Below are positions 39,883 to 50,083 of a stretch of 64,000 nt of DNA, in pieces. This stretch comes from Reichenbachiella sp. (GTDB taxonomy: Bacteria > Bacteroidota > Bacteroidia > Cytophagales > Cyclobacteriaceae), in NCBI RefSeq assembly GCF_965233835.1, contig NZ_OZ247585.1:4377342-4441341 (forward strand). The letters run 5' to 3'. The notes under the pieces are model-generated. The model was not told where the DNA came from. It did not search any database and saw only the letters and a program-made list of their open reading frames with translations. Position numbers and translations under genes: made by a program. Within the stretch, counting starts at the first letter, position 1, and every line of letters starts with the position of its first letter.

Positions 39883-40689
39883 TTACTCCCAGAGAGGGTA
39901 CTTCTCAAGGTGAATTTCCTTGTTGAAGAAAAGGCGCGCTGCTTTTTCAAAAGCTGGGGTGTAATCCGATACGAGAAATTGGTCGTTGCCATCTGTCTTG
40001 TCGCTTAGTAAATTCAGGGCCTTTAATTGCTGTTTTAAGCTTCGAGCTACAATATTAGCAGAATCAACTAACTCTACCTTGCTTTTGTAAAATTCTTTTA
40101 TGTCTTCTTTGATGATGGGGTAATGCGTGCAACCCAATATCAAAGCATCGATATTCGCTAACGAAGGATCGTTGAGATAGTTGGCTATAATCTCGTGACT
40201 GACCGAATTATGAATAAATCCCTCCTCGATCATGGGTACCAATAGTGGTGTGGCTAACGCACTAAAAGTTACTTCTTTGTTCAGTTGGTCAATTTTGGTT
40301 TCAAAGACTTTTGAATTGACGGTTTGCAATGTGCCTATCAGTCCAACGTTCTTCCTTGGTAAGTTTTGCTCCACATGATCTACCACCGGGTCAATTACGT
40401 TGATCACATGGGCCTTACTCCCTACATAGGCTTTAATCAGATCGTAGGCAGCAGCTGAAGCAGAATTGCATGCTATCAAAATGACCTTGCAACCTCTTTG
40501 AAGTAGGATGTCCGTGATTTTTATGGAATAAGCCTGGATAGTCGCTGCTGACTTATCGCCATACGGCAAATGCGCACTATCACCAAAATAGATCATATCT
40601 TCTTCAGGTAGCAGTCGTTTGACAGCCTGAGCCACTGTAAGTCCCCCTACGCCGCTATCAAATATGCCAATGGGTGCGTTTTTATTCAA
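39883..40689 (-). CDS. murI: Glutamate racemase
   Basis: IGIFDSGVGGLTV, LIACNSASA, LILGCTHYP; TTG start. Confidence 0.96.
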   Translation of the reverse strand: MNKNAPIGIFDSGVGGLTVAQAVKRLLPEEDMIYFGDSAHLPYGDKSAATIQAYSIKITDILLQRGCKVILIACNSASAAAYDLIKAYVGSKAHVINVIDPVVDHVEQNLPRKNVGLIGTLQTVNSKVFETKIDQLNKEVTFSALATPLLVPMIEEGFIHNSVSHEIIANYLNDPSLANIDALILGCTHYPIIKEDIKEFYKSKVELVDSANIVARSLKQQLKALNLLSDKTDGNDQFLVSDYTPAFEKAARLFFNKEIHLEKYPLWE

Positions 40690-40753
40690 TGCCTTTGGTG
40701 TTGAGTTGCAAAGATGTGTTTTAAATTATAAATGAAAAAAGTATAGAATGAAT

Positions 40754-42760
40754 CTATTTGTTCAATTCTTTTAGTAACTCAGCAGCCTCTATCACACCAG
40801 CCTCTGAAGCCTCCGTCAAATCACTCTTTGCACCTTCAATATCACCCAGCTGCACTTTGGTTTTGCCTCTCCAAAATAATCCTCCTCTCCTTTCCTGATG
40901 ATTGCCCCTGAGCCAAACGGTGAAATCACTTTCAGCTTTCTCATACTGACCCAACTTATATAAAGCTATTCCTCGATAGAAGTAGGGCATTGAGTAATAT
41001 GTATTTAATTTGATGGAGCTTGCAAAGTCTTCTAATGCCCCATCTAACTGGTTGCTTTCCAATTTAAGTCTTCCTCTCCAATTGTATGCATGGTATAATA
41101 GAAGCTTTCCATCCGAAGGCAATTCCCTGAGCAACATATCGATAGCTTGATCATACAATGCTATTGCCTTTGCAGTGTCCTTTTGCTGCTGTCTAATGGA
41201 AGCCAAACTGACAAACGCATTACCTTTCACTTGATAAGGGCTAATTTCCAGTACTGTCTCATAGTCGTCAATAGCCAACTTAGTATAACCCATTTGAATA
41301 TAGCAGTTGGCTCTATACTCGAGTATGTCTGTATCTAAATTGTTGTAATTCAAGTAGATATTGAAATCTTGAATGGCTTTTACAAATCTTCTATATCTAG
41401 CCCTGTTGAGTCCACGAAGCTTGTAGCCTTCTGCTCTATTTCTGTCCAAATACAGCATTTTAGAGAAGAATTTTTCAGCATTATCAAAATTTTTATTGTA
41501 AACGTAAAACTTGCCAAGACTTCGATATACATGATAAATAGAGGAGTCTCTTTCAAGTATTTTCAAATTATCAGATTCCCAATATGCTTTATTGAAGGCG
41601 CTTTCAGCAACTATTGCATGCAATAAGTAAATTCCTGTGGGAATGAAACCAGTATAATCACCTATCCTTTCAAATACACCAGAATAATTGGACATCTTTG
41701 GATTATCAATATAGTTCAAACAGGTCAAAGCAAGGTTTTTCATTGTTGGAGAGTAACTATCAATCTCTTTCGATATATAGTTAATTGCATAAATCAACTT
41801 GAGTTGTTGATCTCTACTTTTACTGATGCCAAATTCTTCATTTGAAAATTCAATACTTTCAAAAGATTTAGAACAAAACCTAAAGCCTTGTGCAATTTCA
41901 TTATTGTCAAAATAAATGAGTCCTCTCATCAAAAGTGCTACTGGACTATCCGAATTTTCCATCAGAATCTCATCTAGCAGCTTTGTACCTTTCTTTTTTT
42001 GTCCTTGAATAAGGTACAACCTTGCTTTGGCAAGTTGGGCAGATTCATCATTATCATGATGCTCCAATAATCTATTCAGTACATTTTGAGCTTTGCCAAA
42101 CAATCCTTGATTCACTCGAAGTTCCATTAGGAGAAAATAGCCTTCCGTTCTTAGCGGTTCTAGCTTAATACAATTCTTTGAGTAATGTATGGCTTCCTCG
42201 ATTTGGCCCATTTTAAATGACGAATATCCCAAAGCATAATTAACCGAGTAATCTTCCTTATTAAATTTATATGCTAACTCAAATTGCTCTTTAGCACTAG
42301 TTATATCTTCAAAGAAAAATGCCTTGATATATCCTATTTCCAGATAACTCGGAGCGTAAAAGTCTAAATCGGAAAGTCTTACTGCTTTCTTAAAGTCTGC
42401 AATTGCTGAATCAATTTTAAATTCAGATTTATAACAAATTCCACGATAATAATAACTACCTCCAAAAGAGGGATTTTTACTAATTAGATAATTCAAATCC
42501 AACTTGGCAGAATCGTATATCTCTTCATCAAGATAGTTTATGGCTCGCAAGAATATTGTCGAAAAGTCATTTGGGTTTATGAGCTTTTTTTCACTTTTCT
42601 CTTCAACTTGTTCCAAATAATCAAAACTTGGTCGGTTCCTTAGCAATTGCTGATTACTGAAATCATTCAACATTTGACCAGCAGACTTATTGATCAATAG
42701 AAAAGAAAACAAGAAAAAAATCGAATACTTTTTAATCAGTCTGATGTATAATTCATTCAT
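40754..42760 (-). CDS. Secreted multi-TPR protein, AT-rich
   Basis: Signal-peptide-like N-terminus; many TPRs (YYYRGICY..AIADFKKA, AYNWRG..ALEDF, YFYRGIALYKLG..A..DF). Confidence 0.85.
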   Translation of the reverse strand: MNELYIRLIKKYSIFFLFSFLLINKSAGQMLNDFSNQQLLRNRPSFDYLEQVEEKSEKKLINPNDFSTIFLRAINYLDEEIYDSAKLDLNYLISKNPSFGGSYYYRGICYKSEFKIDSAIADFKKAVRLSDLDFYAPSYLEIGYIKAFFFEDITSAKEQFELAYKFNKEDYSVNYALGYSSFKMGQIEEAIHYSKNCIKLEPLRTEGYFLLMELRVNQGLFGKAQNVLNRLLEHHDNDESAQLAKARLYLIQGQKKKGTKLLDEILMENSDSPVALLMRGLIYFDNNEIAQGFRFCSKSFESIEFSNEEFGISKSRDQQLKLIYAINYISKEIDSYSPTMKNLALTCLNYIDNPKMSNYSGVFERIGDYTGFIPTGIYLLHAIVAESAFNKAYWESDNLKILERDSSIYHVYRSLGKFYVYNKNFDNAEKFFSKMLYLDRNRAEGYKLRGLNRARYRRFVKAIQDFNIYLNYNNLDTDILEYRANCYIQMGYTKLAIDDYETVLEISPYQVKGNAFVSLASIRQQQKDTAKAIALYDQAIDMLLRELPSDGKLLLYHAYNWRGRLKLESNQLDGALEDFASSIKLNTYYSMPYFYRGIALYKLGQYEKAESDFTVWLRGNHQERRGGLFWRGKTKVQLGDIEGAKSDLTEASEAGVIEAAELLKELNK

Positions 42761-42929
42761 TGTATATCACAACGCTGCTACTGAAAAACTTACTCTGTAC
42801 CATTCAAAAAATCAAGGTCGGCCAAAAAGAAACGACTTCTTTTTTCATCAATTTTTGAGGTACTTAATCGCAAATATGAATTATTCTTTCATAGCAGCAA
42901 ACAACAAATTCAATATCCGACCAACATTT

Positions 42930-43079
42930 TTATTCTTCGCCGGCTCCTATGAGCTCAAGCAGGTCTCTTTCTTCTGTTTTTTTCTTCAGGGAGCTTGGCT
43001 GAATCTCATCTTCTTCCAGTGCACATGAAGTAGAACTTAGCACTATCAGGATCAACACCATTCTGGTTATTAGTTTCAT
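42930..43079 (-). CDS. Unannotated 49-aa small lipoprotein
   Basis: Translated by hand: MKLITRMVLILIVLSSTSC-ALEEDEIQPSSLKKKTEERDLLELIGAGEE*. Clean signal peptide II with an acidic stretch after Cys; below the ORF-track length cutoff. Confidence 0.75.
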   Translation of the reverse strand: MKLITRMVLILIVLSSTSCALEEDEIQPSSLKKKTEERDLLELIGAGEE

Positions 43080-43258
43080 CTTGCTTACATTTTGTTTTCA
43101 ATGCAAGCATAGTTTTCTATTGTGAACTACCGTTTAATCTAGCTTTAAATCAGAATGAACTTTTGCTTCGGTTATGAAGAAATTATTAAGTCAATCTTGA
43201 GTACATCTCACCGCATGGACTAACTCAGACCGAATTATTCGCAATCAACTTTGTGCAG

Positions 43259-43861
43259 CTATATTTTAAACTCGATGCTTTCTACTGACCGAGCACCGTC
43301 TGACCGATAGGAAATAGAAATTCTATAGGTCCCGGGTTTACATTCAGATTGAGTAAACTTATTTTCATTACAGCCATCTTCTTTCTTTGACCATTTCACT
43401 GAATATGATTTCCCTGGTCGGATTTCACGTGTTTCCGGAGGAGCAGGACAAGGACGGCACCTACAGTAAACGACATTGACAGAGGCCCATTCACCATTTT
43501 TTAATCGTTCAACATTTTTTCTCATAGGATTGTAGAGTATAATGGTTTCATCAGAACTATTAGTGAATGATACCTTCACCTCTTCTTCTTCTGAATAGCT
43601 GGGTAGCGCAGTGACACTCCAAGGGCCCGAATTCGAACCGGCTTCAGCCTTGGGCTCAAAGCTGTGGGAACTAGCATTTGTTTCAGATTCTGCTTGACCT
43701 TTTGATGGATTGGGTTCAACTTTGATCTCATCCTCGCTAGCAGCCACTTCTTGCATTGTCAGACTATCGTCCCTTGAATTCTTGTCCAAGCTGGGCTTTG
43801 AGGCTTCACATCCCAAAAGAGCAATGAAAGCAATGATTAATATTGAATGATAATTTTTCAT
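43259..43861 (-). CDS. Lipoprotein with C-terminal Ig-like domain
   Basis: Lipobox LLGC, low-complexity linker, VKVSFTNSS...IRPGKSYSVKW...PGTYRISISY beta-sandwich pattern; CRCRPC motif. Confidence 0.7.
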   Translation of the reverse strand: MKNYHSILIIAFIALLGCEASKPSLDKNSRDDSLTMQEVAASEDEIKVEPNPSKGQAESETNASSHSFEPKAEAGSNSGPWSVTALPSYSEEEEVKVSFTNSSDETIILYNPMRKNVERLKNGEWASVNVVYCRCRPCPAPPETREIRPGKSYSVKWSKKEDGCNENKFTQSECKPGTYRISISYRSDGARSVESIEFKI

Positions 43862-43874
43862 ATAAACAAGATAT

Positions 43875-43911
43875 AAAAAAAGTCGAGAGGTCTGATTGAC
43901 CTCCCGACTTT
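43875..43911 (-). terminator. Terminator of the large T9SS gene
   Basis: AAAGTCGAGAGGTC-TGATT-GACCTCCCGACTTT, with an A run giving a U tail on the minus strand. Confidence 0.75.
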
Positions 43912-43936
43912 AAGTTGTGTTGTGAATTTGAATTGA

Positions 43937-46900
43937 TTATTGTTTTATCAATGAGAGACTGCCAGTTTTCAAACCGTCAGATATTCTCATGATGTATGTG
44001 CCTTGGGGTTGGTTTGTGATATCTATGATCACTGTCTCATTTCTTTGGAATGAGCTCTTCTTAACCAACTGACCAAAAATCGTATATACACCTACTTCTA
44101 CCTTTTCTACGGCATTAATATCCAACTTGAATATTCCAGTACTTGGATTTGGATATAGATATAAATCTGCTTTTGAAAATTCAGCGATACCCAATACAAT
44201 AGAAACAGAAATCTCATTGGAATTTTCAGAGGCTCCGGTAGCATTAGTACTTCGTAGTCTATATTTAAAATCTCCAGCACCTATTCCGGCTACGGCATGA
44301 GTAGTACCTGTAACTTCTAGTGCTTCAAACCCTGAGACAAACGTTGCGAAATCATCTGTGGAAACATCCAATAGGAACGACTCTGCTCCATCTGGTGTCG
44401 TCCAATTAGCTGTGAACCCATCGTCAGAGACTTCTGTCGCATCTGTTGCTGTAGGTGCAGCAGGCAATGTCAATACAGAAAGAACAGAACTATAGGCCGA
44501 ACTTCCTGAAGCATTGGTAGCTTTCACTCTTACTTGATACGTAGTATTAGAACTTAACTCGAGTGAGTTGTAAGTGAGTGAACTCAACTCGGCTTCTTCA
44601 ACAACAAAGGTCTCGAAATTGTCAGTAGAAACATCAATGACAAAATCACTGGACTCATCAGAAGCTGTCCAAGCTATAGTAAACTCGTCAGTAGAGATAT
44701 CAGAAGATGCCAAAGTAACTGGAGCAGCCGGCAAAGTAAGTGCCGATGCTGTCTCACTTTCATCAGAACTTCCGCCATCATTGACGGCTGCCACTCTTAC
44801 CTGATAGGTCTCATTTGAATTCAACCCAGTAAAAGTGTAGGTCAATGCATCGGAAACAGCAATACCTTCTGAAACAAAAGTCTCAAAATTGTCCGTAGAA
44901 ATATCTACCTCAAATTCAGTAACCTCATCCTCCTCAGACCAAGTTAAAATAAAGCCACTTGATGTAATATCACTTACAACTAGCTCATCAGGAGCTACAG
45001 CTAAGGTTGTTGTCTCATAAATTTCACTTTCTTCAGATTCACCAGTTTCATTCTCAGCAGCCACTCGGAATTGATAGGTACTGTTCGAACTCAATTCTCC
45101 AATTTCTATGGATGTCCCAGATTCTGAGAGATCAGACTGTATCGTAGTGGAAAAATTATCATCAGAAATATCCACCAAAAAGTCTGTAGCTCCATCATCA
45201 GTAGCCCAAATTAAGGTAAGCGACTCCGTTGTCCATGCACTTGCAGCCAATGAATTCGGTGCAGCGGGTAAAGTAAGGAAGCCATCCTCATTGGAATAGC
45301 CAGAATTGCCTTCTGCTCCTAGAGCTTGAATCCTATAGATATATACACTATTCGATTCAAATGGTCCATTATCTGTATAACTAGTGGCGTCTGCAGCTGC
45401 GGTGGTTAATGTTGCATAGGCACCACCATCCACACTTCTTTCCACCAAAAAACCAGTTTCTCCGGAAGAATTATCCGACCATGAAATATCTGCTGTTTCA
45501 TCTAAATTCACAGTTAATCCAGTTGGGGTATTCGGCACGCTTGCACTTTCTCCACCGATATCGAAAATCAAGGCTCCATCATCACCGGAGGCCGTCCATG
45601 AAGGCGGAATTCCACCACCAAACAGTCCATAAGGGTCCTGCTTCACATAGTCAGACCCTACTGCAGGCGTCGTATATGACCAATACCACTGGTCTGCATT
45701 CGGGTTAAAAGCCATGTATGCTTGTACAGATAGCCAGTATGTCCCTGCAACCAAAGTTGGCGCTTGAACTTCTGGAATAGTTACTCTAAAATCAGAATCA
45801 CTTGTTGTCAATTCAACTGCATAGAGACCAGAAAAAATCACTGAACCAGGTACTCCAGCATTATCCTCATATACGTACACGATAGCTTGTGTAGGTGGAT
45901 TAGTTCTATTGGACCCTTCTACATATACTCGCCTAAATAACCATGATTCTCCATCTGGAACCACAAAATCATCTGCTGATTCAACTGGCGCTCCAAAATC
46001 AACAAAAAGCTGTGATGGAGAACTATCACCATCGCCGACTGTTCCCGTTTGCGCATACAATGAAGGTATATTTTCATCCACATAGATATTAAATGTCTCG
46101 TCCACAGTCAAGCCATTAGAAGTTGCTCTGATGGTAATATCAGCCTCTCCAACCATGTCGGTTGCTACAGTCAATTCCAGAGTCTTACCATCCCATGTCG
46201 TGGTAATCAAGTCGGTGTTCGTATTCTCGACCACCTCCAGAGTTATCAATGCATCATCATTATCTTGATCGGTAAAAGTACTGGTCAAGTCTAACTCAAT
46301 CGGATTAGGGTCTGGATTTTCAAAAATCTCAATATCATCAATGGCATTGGCCACTGTCGGCAAATAATCAGAAATATCCTGAGTTCCGTTGATTGTAAAC
46401 TGCATTTCAGACCCATAGGATTCAAAAACGTTTACTGTTTCATCAGCTGCATATGAATCGCCAGAATCACCAATTGTGTACCAGGCATAAAGAGCGGAAT
46501 ACCCCCCTTCAGCCAAAAAGGCGTTGGCATTAAATGTAGGCAATATACTGACCCAGTAGTCCCCCGTTGGTAAATCAACTATTTCATTCAATCTCACGGT
46601 AAGGCTCGGACTGTTGTGACTACCACCAATGATTTGATTACTCGCAGTGGTAATTGTTTGTGTTTCAACTATGGTTCCTGGAGCTCCCTCATCATCATTG
46701 TAGAAAGTCACATCTATAGATTGAAGATTCATTGGATCATCGCCCAGAGTAAAAGCTTTGTTTGTCACTGTTGATACCTCCCAGCTTTGTCCGCCCGGGA
46801 CACTGAAATTATCTGCATTTTGAGAAAGTGCATCATTATACATGCCTTCCAATTCTCCATTATTAGAACTACCATCCAATTGTGAATAGATCGCCTCGTC

Positions 46901-49900
46901 CGCACTGTTTACAGTAACCACGAAGGTATCATCTACGGTTTTGCCATTAGACGTGGCTCTTACGGTGATATAAGTTTGACCAATATTGGCAACAGGAAAA
47001 GTTAATGTAAGATCCTTAGCATCTAACGACGTAGAGACTAACGTCGCATTGGTGTTTTCAAAAACTTCTAGCGTTATTGCACTGTTGTCGTTGTCTGCAT
47101 CATTGAAAGTACTCGTCAAGTCCAATACCATGGCGTCGTCTCCCTCATCTACGGTAATAATACCGACGGGAACTGCAACGTTAGGAGGAAAATCTCCATC
47201 AAATGTGGTAAAGCTCCAGGTTGTAGATCCTGAAATACCACCAAAGGCATTGTCATGATTATCCACAAATGCGCCAGCATCTACCTCTACATAGTAAGAT
47301 GTATTAGCCAACAAGTCCGCTGTAGGATTGATGATGGCTCTTGTACCAGCCGCAGTGACCTGATCGGAAGTCACGTCAATAGATTCTACTTCAGTCCCAT
47401 CCATCAATCGTAAAACTACGTTTCCAGTTCCAACCTGAATAGTCTCGCTCAACTGAATCTCAATATTGGCATCCAAAGGACTTACCTCCGTTTCTTCATT
47501 AGCTGGTGTAAGAGAAGCAAGTGTTGGTGCCGAGGCGTCAGTACTTCCTGTAAAAATATCTGTAGTAAAAATACCCCTACCATGAGTAGCCACTACCACC
47601 ATGCCATCTACAGCTCTATATTGAAGCATATCACATCTCACGTTAGCAAGATTGGTATTCGTAGGTTCCCATGCTGGTTCAGCAGCTGTGATATCGTTAG
47701 TAGACCAAACACCTAATTCAGTCGCAATCATTACTTGCTCAGTATTATTTGGGTTAAATAGCGCCCAGCGAACTGGAATATCCGGCAAACCATCGTCATC
47801 ATCCTTGTTGACCCATGTGGTTCCGCCGTCTGAAGTATACCATACAGAAGTTACACCAAAACTAGAATAGGTTGCAACCAATTCATCATCCGATGATCCA
47901 ATATCAATAGATGAAACATATCCCGTATTGCTAATATTGTTCGTTATTTCCGTAACCGTAGGAACCTCATCATGAGCATCATCGATTCTAAATATTGTGC
48001 CGCTTCCAGTACCAATAAACACCCGGTTTGCAGTATTTGCATCGGCTCGCAAACAAGATATTTGCCCGCCGTTTAAAGAGAGATCAACTACTTCCTGACT
48101 AGACGGAGTACCCGTTTTGAAGTCTCTAATTAATCTAATCTCATTAGAAGCACTCGCTGAATATAAAATCCCAGCTGTATTATCATAATCTGTTGGGTTA
48201 ATAAATCGTCCTGCAGATTGGTTATTGGTGATACTGCTAAAGCTCTCTCCTCCATTACTTGAATATCTGTAAGAGTTGTAGACATAAGAAGTAATCTGAT
48301 ATGTATCGTCTGTTTGATCAACGAAACAAAATGCTCCATCTCCACCTGTTGCTTCAGTGGTACTCGCTCCATTGGCATCAGTAAAACGCTGAGTTCCATT
48401 ATCTTGTGCACCAGCCAAAAAGTAGTTTGACCCAGCTAAGTTTGCAGCTGCCACAGCATAAAATTGAGTAACTGCGTAATTTTTATTCCTTGGTTCAAAA
48501 GTTGGGAAAGTCGCCCCTCCAACATTAGGTGAATAGTACACTCCGCCGTCGTTTCCAAATAGGGCTTCATTGTCATTTCCAGGTCTGAAAACGATCGCAT
48601 GATGATCAGCATGTACATCCGCCACACTACTACAATTATACCACTCTCCAATATGTGTCCAAGTGGCACCGCTATCATCGCTTCTTACAAGATCAACTCC
48701 ACCAGCTACTACGACTGACGCATCTGCTGGGCTCACCGCTAAAATCAAGTCATACCATGCTTGTCCTCTACTCAATTCTGTTTCAGCTCCACAGCCATCA
48801 GGGAAAGTCGGAAGTGTCATTTCTGTCCAGGTTGCCCCGCCATCATCTGACATCTGTACGTATCCCACACCAGAACCACCATTTTCTTGACCCATTGCAT
48901 AAATCACATCCGAATCAGATGGTGCGGTAGCTAATTCAATTCTTTCTGCTGGGTCTCCAGCATCAGGAGTTACCTCAGTCCAGTCTCCATCTGCGCCATC
49001 ATCGGCAGCAAGAGATTTCCAAACTTCTCCAGTTGTTCTCAAACCAGTAGAGGCATATATATCTCCATTGGCTGCAATTTCTATATCTGCACCTACTTCT
49101 TCACCAGTTCCATCTACTTCTTCACCGTCTCCTAGAACTATGGCCCAGTTATCACCACCGTCCGTAGATCTATAGATACCGCCAATTCCAGACCCAGTCG
49201 CTCTTGTGGCCGCCAATAATGTTCCAGCATTAGTTACCACTACCTTTTGCACATAGCTAAAGTCCTCATTGTCTACTGTACTAGCAATCAAAGACCAGGT
49301 ATCTCCACCATCAGTTGATTTGAAAATCCCTCCTCCTCTTACGGCATCAGCATTTCCAAAACCTTCACCAGTTCCTGCATAGAAAGTCATAGAATTGGTA
49401 GGATCCGCAACCAACGATGTAATAGCCAAATTGGCTAAAAAATCATCCACGTATTGCCAGGAAGAATTAGCGTCTGTAACGTTGTCATTGTACCAAAGAC
49501 CTCCGGCCACACCTCCGGCAAATACTCTTCGGTTGGTTGCATCATTCGGATCCCAAAGAATAGCACGTGTTCTACCTCCTACATTATCTGGGCCAATTTC
49601 TTTCCAAACAGCCTCTTCTCCTCCAACAGAAATAGCAACAGGTACATCAGTTCCACCTGTTTCCATAGACGGACTCGGAGTAGCGCTTGATCTATCTGGC
49701 CTGACAATGGAAAATTTACCAGATTCTCTAGGGGTAAAATTAGGCTGTATCTTACCTTGTGCCTTGTTTAACCTTAGGCGTTGCTTGGTATAATCAAATG
49801 CTCTTATTGTATTACCATATGGTACTTCTAATGTATTAGGGTTTACCATCATTAGGTAGTTCTGCTCCATAGCCAAATCAGGACGATCTCTCTTGTCCAT

Positions 49901-50083
49901 CTTAGCTATATCAGATGTAGTCAGGTTATTATTAGCATAGGGGTGATTGTCCAGATACGACTGGAATCGCGCTCTGGCCAGTTCGCCTGAACTCTCCTGT
50001 GGAGCCATCTGGCGGAACAAGCCCAGCCCGACGACTGTCAGCATCCCTGCAGTGAGTAAAATTTTAGATAAAGGTTTTTTCAT
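43937..50083 (-). CDS. 2048-aa T9SS-secreted protein: BNR/Asp-box beta-propeller, Ig-like modules, five Fn3 repeats, CTD
   Basis: GPDNVGGRTRAI; repeated S.DGG.TW Asp boxes; Big_5-like APTLASLTPA; two cadherin-like plus beta-sandwich pairs; five PAAP-type Fn3 repeats; LYPNPSTG..GTYIMRI CTD. Confidence 0.9.
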   Translation of the reverse strand: MKKPLSKILLTAGMLTVVGLGLFRQMAPQESSGELARARFQSYLDNHPYANNNLTTSDIAKMDKRDRPDLAMEQNYLMMVNPNTLEVPYGNTIRAFDYTKQRLRLNKAQGKIQPNFTPRESGKFSIVRPDRSSATPSPSMETGGTDVPVAISVGGEEAVWKEIGPDNVGGRTRAILWDPNDATNRRVFAGGVAGGLWYNDNVTDANSSWQYVDDFLANLAITSLVADPTNSMTFYAGTGEGFGNADAVRGGGIFKSTDGGDTWSLIASTVDNEDFSYVQKVVVTNAGTLLAATRATGSGIGGIYRSTDGGDNWAIVLGDGEEVDGTGEEVGADIEIAANGDIYASTGLRTTGEVWKSLAADDGADGDWTEVTPDAGDPAERIELATAPSDSDVIYAMGQENGGSGVGYVQMSDDGGATWTEMTLPTFPDGCGAETELSRGQAWYDLILAVSPADASVVVAGGVDLVRSDDSGATWTHIGEWYNCSSVADVHADHHAIVFRPGNDNEALFGNDGGVYYSPNVGGATFPTFEPRNKNYAVTQFYAVAAANLAGSNYFLAGAQDNGTQRFTDANGASTTEATGGDGAFCFVDQTDDTYQITSYVYNSYRYSSNGGESFSSITNNQSAGRFINPTDYDNTAGILYSASASNEIRLIRDFKTGTPSSQEVVDLSLNGGQISCLRADANTANRVFIGTGSGTIFRIDDAHDEVPTVTEITNNISNTGYVSSIDIGSSDDELVATYSSFGVTSVWYTSDGGTTWVNKDDDDGLPDIPVRWALFNPNNTEQVMIATELGVWSTNDITAAEPAWEPTNTNLANVRCDMLQYRAVDGMVVVATHGRGIFTTDIFTGSTDASAPTLASLTPANEETEVSPLDANIEIQLSETIQVGTGNVVLRLMDGTEVESIDVTSDQVTAAGTRAIINPTADLLANTSYYVEVDAGAFVDNHDNAFGGISGSTTWSFTTFDGDFPPNVAVPVGIITVDEGDDAMVLDLTSTFNDADNDNSAITLEVFENTNATLVSTSLDAKDLTLTFPVANIGQTYITVRATSNGKTVDDTFVVTVNSADEAIYSQLDGSSNNGELEGMYNDALSQNADNFSVPGGQSWEVSTVTNKAFTLGDDPMNLQSIDVTFYNDDEGAPGTIVETQTITTASNQIIGGSHNSPSLTVRLNEIVDLPTGDYWVSILPTFNANAFLAEGGYSALYAWYTIGDSGDSYAADETVNVFESYGSEMQFTINGTQDISDYLPTVANAIDDIEIFENPDPNPIELDLTSTFTDQDNDDALITLEVVENTNTDLITTTWDGKTLELTVATDMVGEADITIRATSNGLTVDETFNIYVDENIPSLYAQTGTVGDGDSSPSQLFVDFGAPVESADDFVVPDGESWLFRRVYVEGSNRTNPPTQAIVYVYEDNAGVPGSVIFSGLYAVELTTSDSDFRVTIPEVQAPTLVAGTYWLSVQAYMAFNPNADQWYWSYTTPAVGSDYVKQDPYGLFGGGIPPSWTASGDDGALIFDIGGESASVPNTPTGLTVNLDETADISWSDNSSGETGFLVERSVDGGAYATLTTAAADATSYTDNGPFESNSVYIYRIQALGAEGNSGYSNEDGFLTLPAAPNSLAASAWTTESLTLIWATDDGATDFLVDISDDNFSTTIQSDLSESGTSIEIGELSSNSTYQFRVAAENETGESEESEIYETTTLAVAPDELVVSDITSSGFILTWSEEDEVTEFEVDISTDNFETFVSEGIAVSDALTYTFTGLNSNETYQVRVAAVNDGGSSDESETASALTLPAAPVTLASSDISTDEFTIAWTASDESSDFVIDVSTDNFETFVVEEAELSSLTYNSLELSSNTTYQVRVKATNASGSSAYSSVLSVLTLPAAPTATDATEVSDDGFTANWTTPDGAESFLLDVSTDDFATFVSGFEALEVTGTTHAVAGIGAGDFKYRLRSTNATGASENSNEISVSIVLGIAEFSKADLYLYPNPSTGIFKLDINAVEKVEVGVYTIFGQLVKKSSFQRNETVIIDITNQPQGTYIMRISDGLKTGSLSLIKQ

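Noticed and set aside
44200-45545. Nucleotide repeats that might suggest a CRISPR array or mobile repeat
   Set aside because: They are degenerate, in frame and explained by tandem Fn3 domains; there are no constant repeats with unique spacers and no cas genes.
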